Origin: Breznakia blatticola
GTDB lineage: Bacteria; Bacillota_I; Bacilli_A; Erysipelotrichales; Erysipelotrichaceae
Direction of reading: 5' to 3'
Length of the DNA: 10,381 bases
Assembly: GCF_004365815.1 (NCBI RefSeq)
Contig: NZ_SODD01000060.1
Location: 1-10,381, forward strand
Of the stretch, positions 1-6,766 are shown one piece after another. The notes beneath the pieces were generated by a model. The model saw only the letters and a list, made by a program, of their open reading frames with translations. It was not told the origin of the DNA and made no database searches. The translations under genes were made by a program, and so were the position numbers. The stretch's first letter is position 1. The number at the start of each line of letters is the position of its first letter.

Positions 1-120
1 ACCATCACAAGAAATGCTTTAAAGACACATAAATTATTCAGTACTTATCAGTGATTTATCGAGACTTGGTATGCACTGGTTGAATTAAGCCTAAATGAAT
101 CAAATATACGAATTAGTGAT

Positions 121-1428
121 GTGACATATCATAATCTACTGATTCACATTTATATCGCAATGATACGAATTAAGGAAGGGCACTATGTCCCGATGAATAT
201 AGAACAGTTAAAAGATATGAAAAATAGTGAAGAATATCTATTAGCTGTGAATGTAGTTAGTGAGTTAGAACAAGTATTTGATATAGAAATACCAGATTCA
301 GAAGTCGGTTATTTAGCAATTCATTTCTCGGGAAAACAGTTTATTGAAATAAAACCAGGGGAAGAGAATTTTGTGATTACTTCAAAAATTGATGGAATTG
401 TAAAACACATTCTTTCTGAAGTGAAAAGCAGTTATAATATCGATTTTACTAATGATTTTGAGTTGCGAATGAGTTTAGCATTACATTTAGTCCCTATGGA
501 TATACGCTTAAAACACGATATGTTTTTAAGAAATCCATTATTGGGAGAAATAAAACAAAGATATACATTAGCCTATATGTTAGCAACATCAGCATGTGGT
601 GTCCTAAAAAAACACTATAAAAAAGATATTTATGAAGATGAAATTAGCTACATCGCTTTACATTTCAATCTTGCTCTAGAAAGAAATAGAAGTACGATCG
701 CAAAGAAAAACATTGTGATTGTATGTGCAACAGGTCGAGGGAGTTCATCTTTGTTGGTGTATCGCTTTAAAGAAGAAGTTGGAGCCTACTTAAATCGAAT
801 TGAGGCGTGTGATGTTGGTCAATTAAAGTATTTTGATTTTGATCGCGTGGATTATGTAATTACAACTGTTCCAATTCCGTTTAGTGTACCTAAACCTATT
901 TTGGAAGTGCAGTTTTTCTTAGATGAAGGAGATGTAAAAGCACTAAAGAACTTCTTAAGTGGCAAGACGACATTCTCATTTAGTGAGAAGTTTGATTCGC
1001 GATTGTTTATCAGTCATTTATCGGCATCAACTAAAGAAGAAGTCATTAGAAAAATGGTAGATAGAATTAAAGAAGTAAAAACGATACCGAATAATTTTTA
1101 TGATTTAGTTATGAAAAGAGAAAGCATGGCAGTAACAGCGTTTGGAAATCTTGTCGCAATTCCACATCCTTGTGAAGTGATTGGTGATGAAACATTTGTC
1201 TGTATTGCTATTTTGGATGAACCAATAATTTGGGAATCAGTCGAAGTACAATTCATCTTTATGATGTCAATGAAGAAAGATCGAGATGAAAACATGGAAG
1301 CTTTTTCAACTATGATTTCTAGGTTATTACTAAATCCTGCCTATATACAAAAGATGATCCAAACAAGAGATTATCAAACATTGGCAAATTGTTTTAATCA
1401 AATAGAAGAAGAAATGAGGAGTGAATAA
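121..1428 (+). CDS. PRD-domain PTS regulator (LicR/MtlR/ManR-type), sensor portion PRD1-PRD2-EIIB-like-EIIA(type 2). The N-terminal DNA-binding part is absent from this ORF, so it may be interrupted or a pseudogene.
   Basis: The translation shows two PRD modules with paired conserved His (LLIHIY / LAIHFS and LALHLV / IALHFN). It has an EIIB-like motif VIVCATGRGSS (Cys codon 724-726) and an EIIA Mtl/Fru-type motif VAIPHP (His codon 1165-1167). The reading frame is open back to nt 55 and closed by TGA at 52-54. No SD precedes GTG121 or the in-frame ATG160. The stop TAA 1426-1428 lies 1 nt before the EIIA start. Confidence 0.85.
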   Translation: MTYHNLLIHIYIAMIRIKEGHYVPMNIEQLKDMKNSEEYLLAVNVVSELEQVFDIEIPDSEVGYLAIHFSGKQFIEIKPGEENFVITSKIDGIVKHILSEVKSSYNIDFTNDFELRMSLALHLVPMDIRLKHDMFLRNPLLGEIKQRYTLAYMLATSACGVLKKHYKKDIYEDEISYIALHFNLALERNRSTIAKKNIVIVCATGRGSSSLLVYRFKEEVGAYLNRIEACDVGQLKYFDFDRVDYVITTVPIPFSVPKPILEVQFFLDEGDVKALKNFLSGKTTFSFSEKFDSRLFISHLSASTKEEVIRKMVDRIKEVKTIPNNFYDLVMKRESMAVTAFGNLVAIPHPCEVIGDETFVCIAILDEPIIWESVEVQFIFMMSMKKDRDENMEAFSTMISRLLLNPAYIQKMIQTRDYQTLANCFNQIEEEMRSE

Positions 1429-1429
1429 T

Positions 1430-1750
1430 ATGGATGAGGTTTATGAAGTGTCATTTCAACTTATCTTAGCTGCAGGAAATTCAAAATCTGAATCAATGAT
1501 AGCGATACGAAATGCAAGAGAAGGTAAATTTGATGAAGCACTAGAACATGTAAAAAATGCACAAGAATCTCTGACAGAAGCACATCAAATTCAAACGGAT
1601 TTGATTCAAGGAGAAGCTAGAGGAGAGAAGTGTGAAGTAACCTTAATTATGGTACATGCACAAGATCATTTAAACATGGCGTTACTGACAATGGATCAAG
1701 CAAAAGAAATGATTCATTTGTATAAAGAAATATATGAATTAAAAAAATAA
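1430..1750 (+). CDS. PTS lactose/cellobiose-family EIIA component
   Basis: A 106-aa helical protein with the family signature MVHAQDHL (phosphorylatable His in HAQDH). GAGGAG at 1416-1421 lies 8 nt before ATG1430, so I prefer this start over the GTG1421 of the ORF track. Confidence 0.9.
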   Translation: MDEVYEVSFQLILAAGNSKSESMIAIRNAREGKFDEALEHVKNAQESLTEAHQIQTDLIQGEARGEKCEVTLIMVHAQDHLNMALLTMDQAKEMIHLYKEIYELKK

Positions 1751-1794
1751 GGGATAGATTACGTGTATATAAAGAGAGAGAATAGGAGATAAAC

Positions 1795-1989
1795 ATGAAT
1801 AAATTTGTTACAACATTACAGAAAATTCTAATGCCTATTGCGAATAAAATGAATAAGAATAATTATATTAAAGCAATGCGTGATGGGTTTATGTTAGCTT
1901 TACCGTTCACAATGACCGGATCAATTTTAACTGCGTTAGCAAGTATGCCGTTTTTATCGGATATATTATCTGCTTCAACTTTACAATGA
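1795..1989 (+). CDS. PTS lactose/cellobiose-family EIIC, N-terminal 64-aa fragment, separated from the rest of the gene by a frameshift
   Basis: MNKFVTTLQKILMPIANKMNKNNYIKAMRDGFMLALPFTMTGS is the typical N-terminus of CelB/ChbC/LicC-type EIIC. AGGAG at 1784-1788 lies 6 nt before ATG1795. The fragment ends at TGA 1987-1989, which overlaps the ATG of the next ORF. Confidence 0.75.
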   Translation: MNKFVTTLQKILMPIANKMNKNNYIKAMRDGFMLALPFTMTGSILTALASMPFLSDILSASTLQ

Positions 1990-3089
1990 TTAATACATTT
2001 GTCGCACCATCTTCGGTGTATTCAAATAGTATTTATTCACTATTTGTGGTTGTTGGGATTTCGTACAGTTTGGCAAAAACTTATGGAATTAATCGCATTC
2101 ACTGTGCAATGACCGCATTAGTAAGTATGTTAATTACAATTCCAACATCAATCATCACAGAGAGTGGAGAAGTGGTAGAAGGAGCATTATCACATTCACA
2201 ACTTGGATCATCTGCAATTTTTACGGCAATGATTATGGCATTTGTAATTACTGAATTATATCGATGGGCAGTTAATCATAAATTAACGATTAATTTACCT
2301 AGTAGTGTGCCAGCATCAATTCAGGATTCATTTACATCATTCATACCAGCAACATTATGTATGGTGTTTGCACTAATTATTTGTGCAGTATTTAAACAAA
2401 CATCTTATGGAACAATTGGTGCATTCTTATTTACAATGCTTCAACAACCATTATCTGTATTAGGAAATAGTCCAATAGCAGCGATTATCGCAGGTGTATT
2501 AAATAATATTTTCTGGTTCTTTGGATTGCATGGTCAAACATTAGTGAGCAGTATCTTCTCACCATTTTGGAAACCAGCTGCAGCAGAAAATATTGCTGCA
2601 CTAGCTGCAGGAAAAGCGTTACCAAACTTAATTTCATCAGGATTTGTGAATACTTGGATTTGGTTTGGTGGATGGATTTCAATTCCACTACTAATTGCGC
2701 TTTGGTTATATAGAAAGAAACGTAAAGACTGGGGAGAAGTAATGAAGATTTCCGCAGTACCGGGATTCTTCAATATTTATGAACCGTTGATGTTTGGATT
2801 GCCTTTAGTATTAAATCCATTTATGCTTATCCCAATGATTTTAACTCCACTAATTAGTGGAACGGTTGGATATCTTGTAACTGTTTCAGGTATTGTACCA
2901 TTTAGTACAGGAATAGATTTACCAATTACAATTCCATTAGGACTTAATGGTATTTTAGGATCAAATGATATATTAACTGGGGTCATTCAATTGTTGTGTG
3001 TTCCAATCTTGGTTGCTATCTGGTACTTCTTCTTAAAGATTCAAGATAAATCAGAAAGAGAATCAGGAATATATACAGATGAAGCGTAA
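1986..3089 (+). CDS. PTS lactose/cellobiose-family EIIC, main body (367 aa) in the -1 frame relative to the N-terminal fragment
   Basis: A polytopic membrane protein with EIIC-type motifs (NIFWFFGLHGQ, FGLPLVLNP). Together, 64 + 367 aa reach the normal EIIC length of about 430 aa. There is no SD before ATG1986. This frame is open upstream to 1884. Confidence 0.9.
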   Translation: MINTFVAPSSVYSNSIYSLFVVVGISYSLAKTYGINRIHCAMTALVSMLITIPTSIITESGEVVEGALSHSQLGSSAIFTAMIMAFVITELYRWAVNHKLTINLPSSVPASIQDSFTSFIPATLCMVFALIICAVFKQTSYGTIGAFLFTMLQQPLSVLGNSPIAAIIAGVLNNIFWFFGLHGQTLVSSIFSPFWKPAAAENIAALAAGKALPNLISSGFVNTWIWFGGWISIPLLIALWLYRKKRKDWGEVMKISAVPGFFNIYEPLMFGLPLVLNPFMLIPMILTPLISGTVGYLVTVSGIVPFSTGIDLPITIPLGLNGILGSNDILTGVIQLLCVPILVAIWYFFLKIQDKSERESGIYTDEA

Positions 3090-4110
3090 GAAAATACTTG
3101 GTGCATTATATGGAGCAGCTTATGGTGATTCTTTAGGTGCGATTACTGAGTTTTGCACACACGAAGAAATCATACATCATTTTCCAAATGGACTACGTAC
3201 GTATGAAAAATCAATTAGTGTAATAACTAAAGATATTGAATCAGGTTGTGTAACAGATGATTTTGGTTCTAGTTGCTATGTTATGCAAGAAATTATAAAT
3301 GAAGAAGGATACTTTCATCGTGATATTGCTTTGAAAGCTATCCTTGCTTGGTCTGAAGATGAAAATGTATTTAAACGATATGCTGGATCAAATACAAAAG
3401 CAGCAATTGAACGATTGAAAAAAGGTAGTGTTATAGAGGAGAGAGATAAGTTGTTTCACTTCCAAGGAAAAAACACAAATGGTGGAGCGATGAAAGTAAC
3501 ACCAATTGCTTTGCTTGCTAAACATGATGTAAGTAGAGTCATTCAATATACAAAAGACTTATGCTGGCCAACACATTATAATGCATCAGCAGTTTCAGCA
3601 GCAGCAGCAATTGCCTGTGCAATTGCACAAGCACAAAAAGAAACTACGATAGATAGTATAATTCATGAAGCAATACAAGGAGCAACAAAAGCCTGGAATG
3701 AAGTAAGTAATGAAGGATATGTCACATTTGGACCGCGAATTGAAAATCGAATACAGTATGCTGTTATGGTAGCAAGAAAGTGTACCACGGATGATGAGCT
3801 ATTCTCCATATTAAATAATGATATTGGAACAGGTATTTTAGTCAATGAATCAATACCAGCGGTATTTGCAATTTTAGCATATACAGATGGTGATTTTGAA
3901 AAGTCTATGTATCTAGCAGTAAATGCAGGTGGTGATACAGATACAATTGCATCTATGCTTGGAGCTATTGTTGGTGGATATCATGGTATAGATGTAATTC
4001 CTGAAGAAATTCGTGAGAAAATCAACGAAAAAAACCAAATGATTCACTTAAAAGAAACAATAGAAACATTTACACAAATGCTTCTACATGAAAAGGAGGA
4101 AGAAAAATGA
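3079..4110 (+). CDS. ADP-ribosylglycohydrolase family protein (DraG/ARH fold)
   Basis: Family motifs align with DraG/ARH along the whole protein. These are GAAYGDSLGAITEF (Asp codon 3127-3129), CVTDDFGSS (Asp-Asp codons 3256-3261), NGGAMKVTPIALL, and VNAGGDTDTIASMLGAIVGGYHGIDVIP (DTDT codons 3934-3945). The start overlaps the EIIC stop by 11 nt, and the stop TGA overlaps the EIIB ATG. Confidence 0.9.
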   Translation: MKRKKILGALYGAAYGDSLGAITEFCTHEEIIHHFPNGLRTYEKSISVITKDIESGCVTDDFGSSCYVMQEIINEEGYFHRDIALKAILAWSEDENVFKRYAGSNTKAAIERLKKGSVIEERDKLFHFQGKNTNGGAMKVTPIALLAKHDVSRVIQYTKDLCWPTHYNASAVSAAAAIACAIAQAQKETTIDSIIHEAIQGATKAWNEVSNEGYVTFGPRIENRIQYAVMVARKCTTDDELFSILNNDIGTGILVNESIPAVFAILAYTDGDFEKSMYLAVNAGGDTDTIASMLGAIVGGYHGIDVIPEEIREKINEKNQMIHLKETIETFTQMLLHEKEEEK

Positions 4111-4418
4111 GAATTATGTTAGCATGTGCATTAGGGATGTCTACAGGAATGTTGGTAGAACGAATGCGTGAAGAGGCAAAAAAACAAGAAAAAGACTATA
4201 AGATTTGGGCTGTAGATACAGCATCAGTCGATAAATATGTTGGTGAGTTTGATGTTTTATTGCTTGGCCCACAAGTGGCATTTGCCTTTGATGAAATTAA
4301 AGAAAAATATGATGCAACAACACCAGTAGCAATGATCAAACCTGTAGACTATGGAAGAATGAATGGTGCTTCAGTTTTAAAAGAAGCAGAAGAACTATAT
4401 ACATCAAGACAAGGATAG
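4107..4418 (+). CDS. PTS lactose/cellobiose-family EIIB component
   Basis: MRIMLACALGMSTGMLV carries the active-site Cys (codon 4125-4127). DVLLLGPQV is the second family signature. GGAGG at 4094-4098 lies 8 nt before ATG4107. Confidence 0.9.
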   Translation: MRIMLACALGMSTGMLVERMREEAKKQEKDYKIWAVDTASVDKYVGEFDVLLLGPQVAFAFDEIKEKYDATTPVAMIKPVDYGRMNGASVLKEAEELYTSRQG

Positions 4419-4444
4419 AAAAAGGAATCATTCCTTTTTCTTTT
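4418..4444 (+). terminator. Rho-independent terminator closing the PTS operon
   Basis: A perfect 10-bp stem GAAAAAGGAA (4418-4427) / TTCCTTTTTC (4431-4440) with a 3-nt loop, followed by TTTT (4441-4444). The stem is AT-rich with only 4 G:C pairs, so termination may be leaky. Confidence 0.65.
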
Positions 4445-4452
4445 CATATATA

Positions 4453-5298
4453 ATGAGAAAAAATATAGTAAATACTCTATGGATCATTGTAGGTAATTTC
4501 GTACTTGTAATAGGGGTGACTGCATTTTTGTTGCCACACAATATATTATCAGGTGGAATTACAGGGTTTGCAGTAGCAAGCGAATCTATATTTAATGTTG
4601 AAAAGGAATATATTATTAATGGATGTATCCTTACAGCGTTTGTACTTGGTGTAATCATACTAGGAAAGCAATTTGCATTAAAAACGGTTGTATCTTCAAT
4701 TGTATATCCAATATTACTAATGATCATTAAACCATGGATGCCATTTATTGCAGTTGACGAGGCTGTTGCTTCATTGTATGGAGGCATGATCTGTGGTATA
4801 GGATTAGGAATAGTTATGCGTTGTGGTGCGAGTACTGGTGGAATGGATGTATTCTCGTTAATTTTAAATAAGCTGTTTCATATAAAGATTAGTCATGCAG
4901 TGTTGTTGCTTGATACGTGTGTTGCATTATTAGGTTTTTTTACATGTGGGATTGCATCTGTATTGATTGGATACATTGCGATACTATCTACATCGTTTAT
5001 GGTTAATAAAGTACTTAATTTTGATACTCATCAAAAGGCGGTAAAAATAATTTCTGATAAACATGAAATAATCAATGCGCAAATACATAAAGAAATACAT
5101 CGCGGAACTACAATTGAAACCGTCAATGGCGGATACACAGGAGAATCCAAAACAGTGATTTATTGTGTAGTGAAAGCTGATCAATATACAAAGTTGATCC
5201 AATTAGTTGATGAAATAGATAATCATGCTTTTATTGTAACTACAAACGCAGTAGAGGCAAAAGGTGAAGGTTTTGATTATATATACTCCAAAACATAA
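4453..5298 (+). CDS. YitT-family integral membrane protein with C-terminal DUF2179-like domain
   Basis: The N-terminus IVGNFVLVIGVTAFLLPHNILSGGITGFA is the YitT-type repeat. The C-terminal soluble domain reads GTTIETVNGGYTGESKTVIYCVVKADQYTKLIQLVDEIDNHAFIVTT. ATG4453 is the first start codon in the open frame (checked back to the TAA at 4378-4380), but no SD precedes it. Confidence 0.8.
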   Translation: MRKNIVNTLWIIVGNFVLVIGVTAFLLPHNILSGGITGFAVASESIFNVEKEYIINGCILTAFVLGVIILGKQFALKTVVSSIVYPILLMIIKPWMPFIAVDEAVASLYGGMICGIGLGIVMRCGASTGGMDVFSLILNKLFHIKISHAVLLLDTCVALLGFFTCGIASVLIGYIAILSTSFMVNKVLNFDTHQKAVKIISDKHEIINAQIHKEIHRGTTIETVNGGYTGESKTVIYCVVKADQYTKLIQLVDEIDNHAFIVTTNAVEAKGEGFDYIYSKT

Positions 5299-5360
5299 AT
5301 TTTTTCGACATGACTCATGTTTCATAAGATAAATGATAATTAAAAAATGATAGTAATCCG

Positions 5361-5374
5361 ATTTCAATTGAAAT
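5361..5374. repeat. Perfect 14-bp palindrome ATTTCAATTGAAAT in the intergenic region
   Basis: The sequence is its own reverse complement, verified base by base. It is followed by TCTAACA direct repeats at 5390-5396 and 5399-5405, with TCTAAC again at 5428-5433. Confidence 0.5.
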
Positions 5375-5441
5375 GAAATAGATAATGAATCTAACAGTTC
5401 TAACAATTCCATTTGTATTCATGTATTTCTAACTTCTTGTG

Positions 5442-5450
5442 TGATATATT
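5442..5450 (+). promoter_or_regulatory. Candidate extended -10 promoter element (TGaTATATT) for the 84-aa gene
   Basis: TGATATATT at 5442-5450 lies about 27 nt upstream of ATG5477. The -35 region is poor. Confidence 0.3.
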
Positions 5451-5476
5451 TGAGATATATAAGGAGGAGTTAAGAA

Positions 5477-5731
5477 ATGGATTGTTATTACATAATTGGA
5501 CTACGTTTAGCATCAAGAGTACATAATGCAGTAAAATTACAAGAAGTGCTCACGAAATCTGGATGTAACATTAAAACGCGTTTGGGGTTACATGAAACAG
5601 ATGAAAAATATTGCTCAAATGATGGATTGATCATCATCCAAGCTTGTGGAACAAAAGCTGAAATTGATGATATGATGACTGCCTTTAATGAAATTGAGGG
5701 TATCACTGCAAAATTAATGGATTTGAATTAA
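5477..5731 (+). CDS. Small (84 aa) ACT/ferredoxin-like-fold protein, possibly TM1266/NikR-C-like; function unknown
   Basis: A strong RBS AAGGAGGAG (5461-5469) lies 7 nt before the ATG. The residue pattern suggests beta-alpha-beta-beta-alpha-beta: YYIIGLRLAS / VHNAVKLQEVLTKSG / IKTRLGLH / GLIIIQACG / KAEIDDMMTAFNEIEG / ITAKLMDL. A terminator follows immediately. The family assignment rests on recollection only. Confidence 0.6.
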   Translation: MDCYYIIGLRLASRVHNAVKLQEVLTKSGCNIKTRLGLHETDEKYCSNDGLIIIQACGTKAEIDDMMTAFNEIEGITAKLMDLN

Positions 5732-5757
5732 AAAAGACATCGCTTGATGTCTTTTTT
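5731..5757. terminator. Bidirectional intrinsic terminator shared by the 84-aa gene (+) and the 333-aa gene (-)
   Basis: Stem AAAAAGACATC (5731-5741) / GATGTCTTTTT (5746-5756) with loop GCTT. An A-run sits on the left and a T-run on the right, so either transcript ends in a hairpin plus U-tract. The element lies between the stop at 5729-5731 (+) and the stop at 5765-5767 (-). Confidence 0.8.
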
Positions 5758-5764
5758 AGATATA

Positions 5765-6766
5765 TTATTCGTTATAGTATTCTGTTTGTACAATGGTTCC
5801 ACTAAATTCAGCAAGTGATGTAAAAGTACCACTCATCTTTACTGCACCATTAATATTTGGCGTATCAATAATAAACTCAATCATAGAGTTTGTACTATCA
5901 ATACAACCACCAGTTGTATGGTTGTCACTTTTTTCATCAATCTTCATTACTTTGAATGTTTGTCCAGTCGATGTAGTGAAACGGTATTTAGAACCAATTG
6001 GACCATAGTATGAACCTAAGGCAACAGCGATAAAACCGTCATCTGTGCGTAAAAGTCCATCTGATGATACGTTCATATATGAAGTCAAATAATTGTATTG
6101 AAGACTACCAACACGAATCATTCGATAATCCATAAATGATATGTTATCTGCGCTAAGGGAACAAGTACCGCTTACGTTATACTTGCTTTCTTCTGCTGCA
6201 AGTTGTGCTTCATAAGCTAAGCGAGCTGCTTCTTCTTGTTGGCGACGAAGTTCTTCAGCTTCTTTTAAACGTTTTGCTTCCTCTGCTTTTTGAATTTCAA
6301 TAGCTTTTGCACCTTGTGTAACTTCAGCTTGAATGGCAAAGCTTGTTGGGCTTTGTTGTGATTCAATACCTCTAAAGTTTTCTGCAACCACATTTTTACG
6401 CATAACTGTAGGTGCTTTTTGGATTTGTGTTCCACTTGTATAAACAAGTAATGAACAAACAGTTATGACTGCTACCGTACGTGGTAGTGTAACTTCTACG
6501 CCTTTGACGTAGATTAATATATGACGACCTAATGTACGACCATTCATGCGGTCGAATTCAACATGAATGAAGTTTGTTGTTTTGCATAAGACTTGCATCA
6601 CCTTAGTTACAGAAGTAGATAACAAGTGTTTTGCTGTTCTAATGATTTGAGTACATACGTTACTCAATCTAGTTTTTGAATTGTTAAGAAGTTGCGTCCC
6701 ACGTGCAACAAGAATCTTTACTTTATCTCCCAAACGGGAGGTGGGTTTCTCAACGTTTCTTTTCAT
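5765..6766 (-). CDS. Hypothetical bitopic envelope protein: basic N-terminal domain, one hydrophobic segment, coiled coil, and a C-terminal putative double-psi-beta-barrel (RlpA/3D/expansin-like) domain
   Basis: On the minus strand, RBS AAAGGAGAG lies 9 nt before ATG6766. The roughly 95 N-terminal residues carry 18 K/R against 5 D/E. The hydrophobic segment is TVAVITVCSLLVY (nt about 6437-6481). The coiled coil AIEIQKAEEAKRLKEAEELRRQQEEAARLAYEAQLAAEE spans nt about 6185-6313. The C-terminal part DGFIAVALGSYYGPIGSKYRFTTSTGQTFKVMKIDEKSDNHTTGGCIDSTNSMIEFIIDT has the spacing seen in DPBB domains. The domain call is inference only. Confidence 0.7.
   Translation of the reverse strand: MKRNVEKPTSRLGDKVKILVARGTQLLNNSKTRLSNVCTQIIRTAKHLLSTSVTKVMQVLCKTTNFIHVEFDRMNGRTLGRHILIYVKGVEVTLPRTVAVITVCSLLVYTSGTQIQKAPTVMRKNVVAENFRGIESQQSPTSFAIQAEVTQGAKAIEIQKAEEAKRLKEAEELRRQQEEAARLAYEAQLAAEESKYNVSGTCSLSADNISFMDYRMIRVGSLQYNYLTSYMNVSSDGLLRTDDGFIAVALGSYYGPIGSKYRFTTSTGQTFKVMKIDEKSDNHTTGGCIDSTNSMIEFIIDTPNINGAVKMSGTFTSLAEFSGTIVQTEYYNE

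Noticed and set aside
52-1989. Possibility that TGA encodes Trp (genetic code 4), which would heal the TGA at 52-54 (…STYQWFIETWY…) and the TGA at 1987-1989
   Set aside because: Reading through TGA 1987-1989 in frame gives LIHLSHHLRCIQIVFIHYLW…, which is not EIIC-like and stops again about 40 codons later. The genuine EIIC continuation is in the -1 frame. The ARH gene ends at TGA 4108-4110 at normal family length, with the EIIB ATG overlapping it. All long ORFs have normal lengths under the standard code.
4428-4787. 119-aa minus-strand ORF overlapping the yitT 5' region
   Set aside because: It lies entirely antisense to a well-supported YitT-family gene. It has no SD and a low-complexity, non-homologous sequence. 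It is a typical shadow ORF.
5299-5330. Possible yitT terminator at ACATGA-c-TCATGT (about 5311-5323)
   Set aside because: A 1-nt loop is sterically impossible, the effective stem is about 4 bp, and no T-tract follows.
5203-5412. 69-aa minus-strand ORF partly in the yitT to small-gene intergenic region
   Set aside because: No SD precedes ATG5412 on the minus strand. The ORF overlaps the yitT 3' end by 96 nt, and its sequence is Cys/Ile/Tyr-rich as expected from AT-rich antisense DNA.
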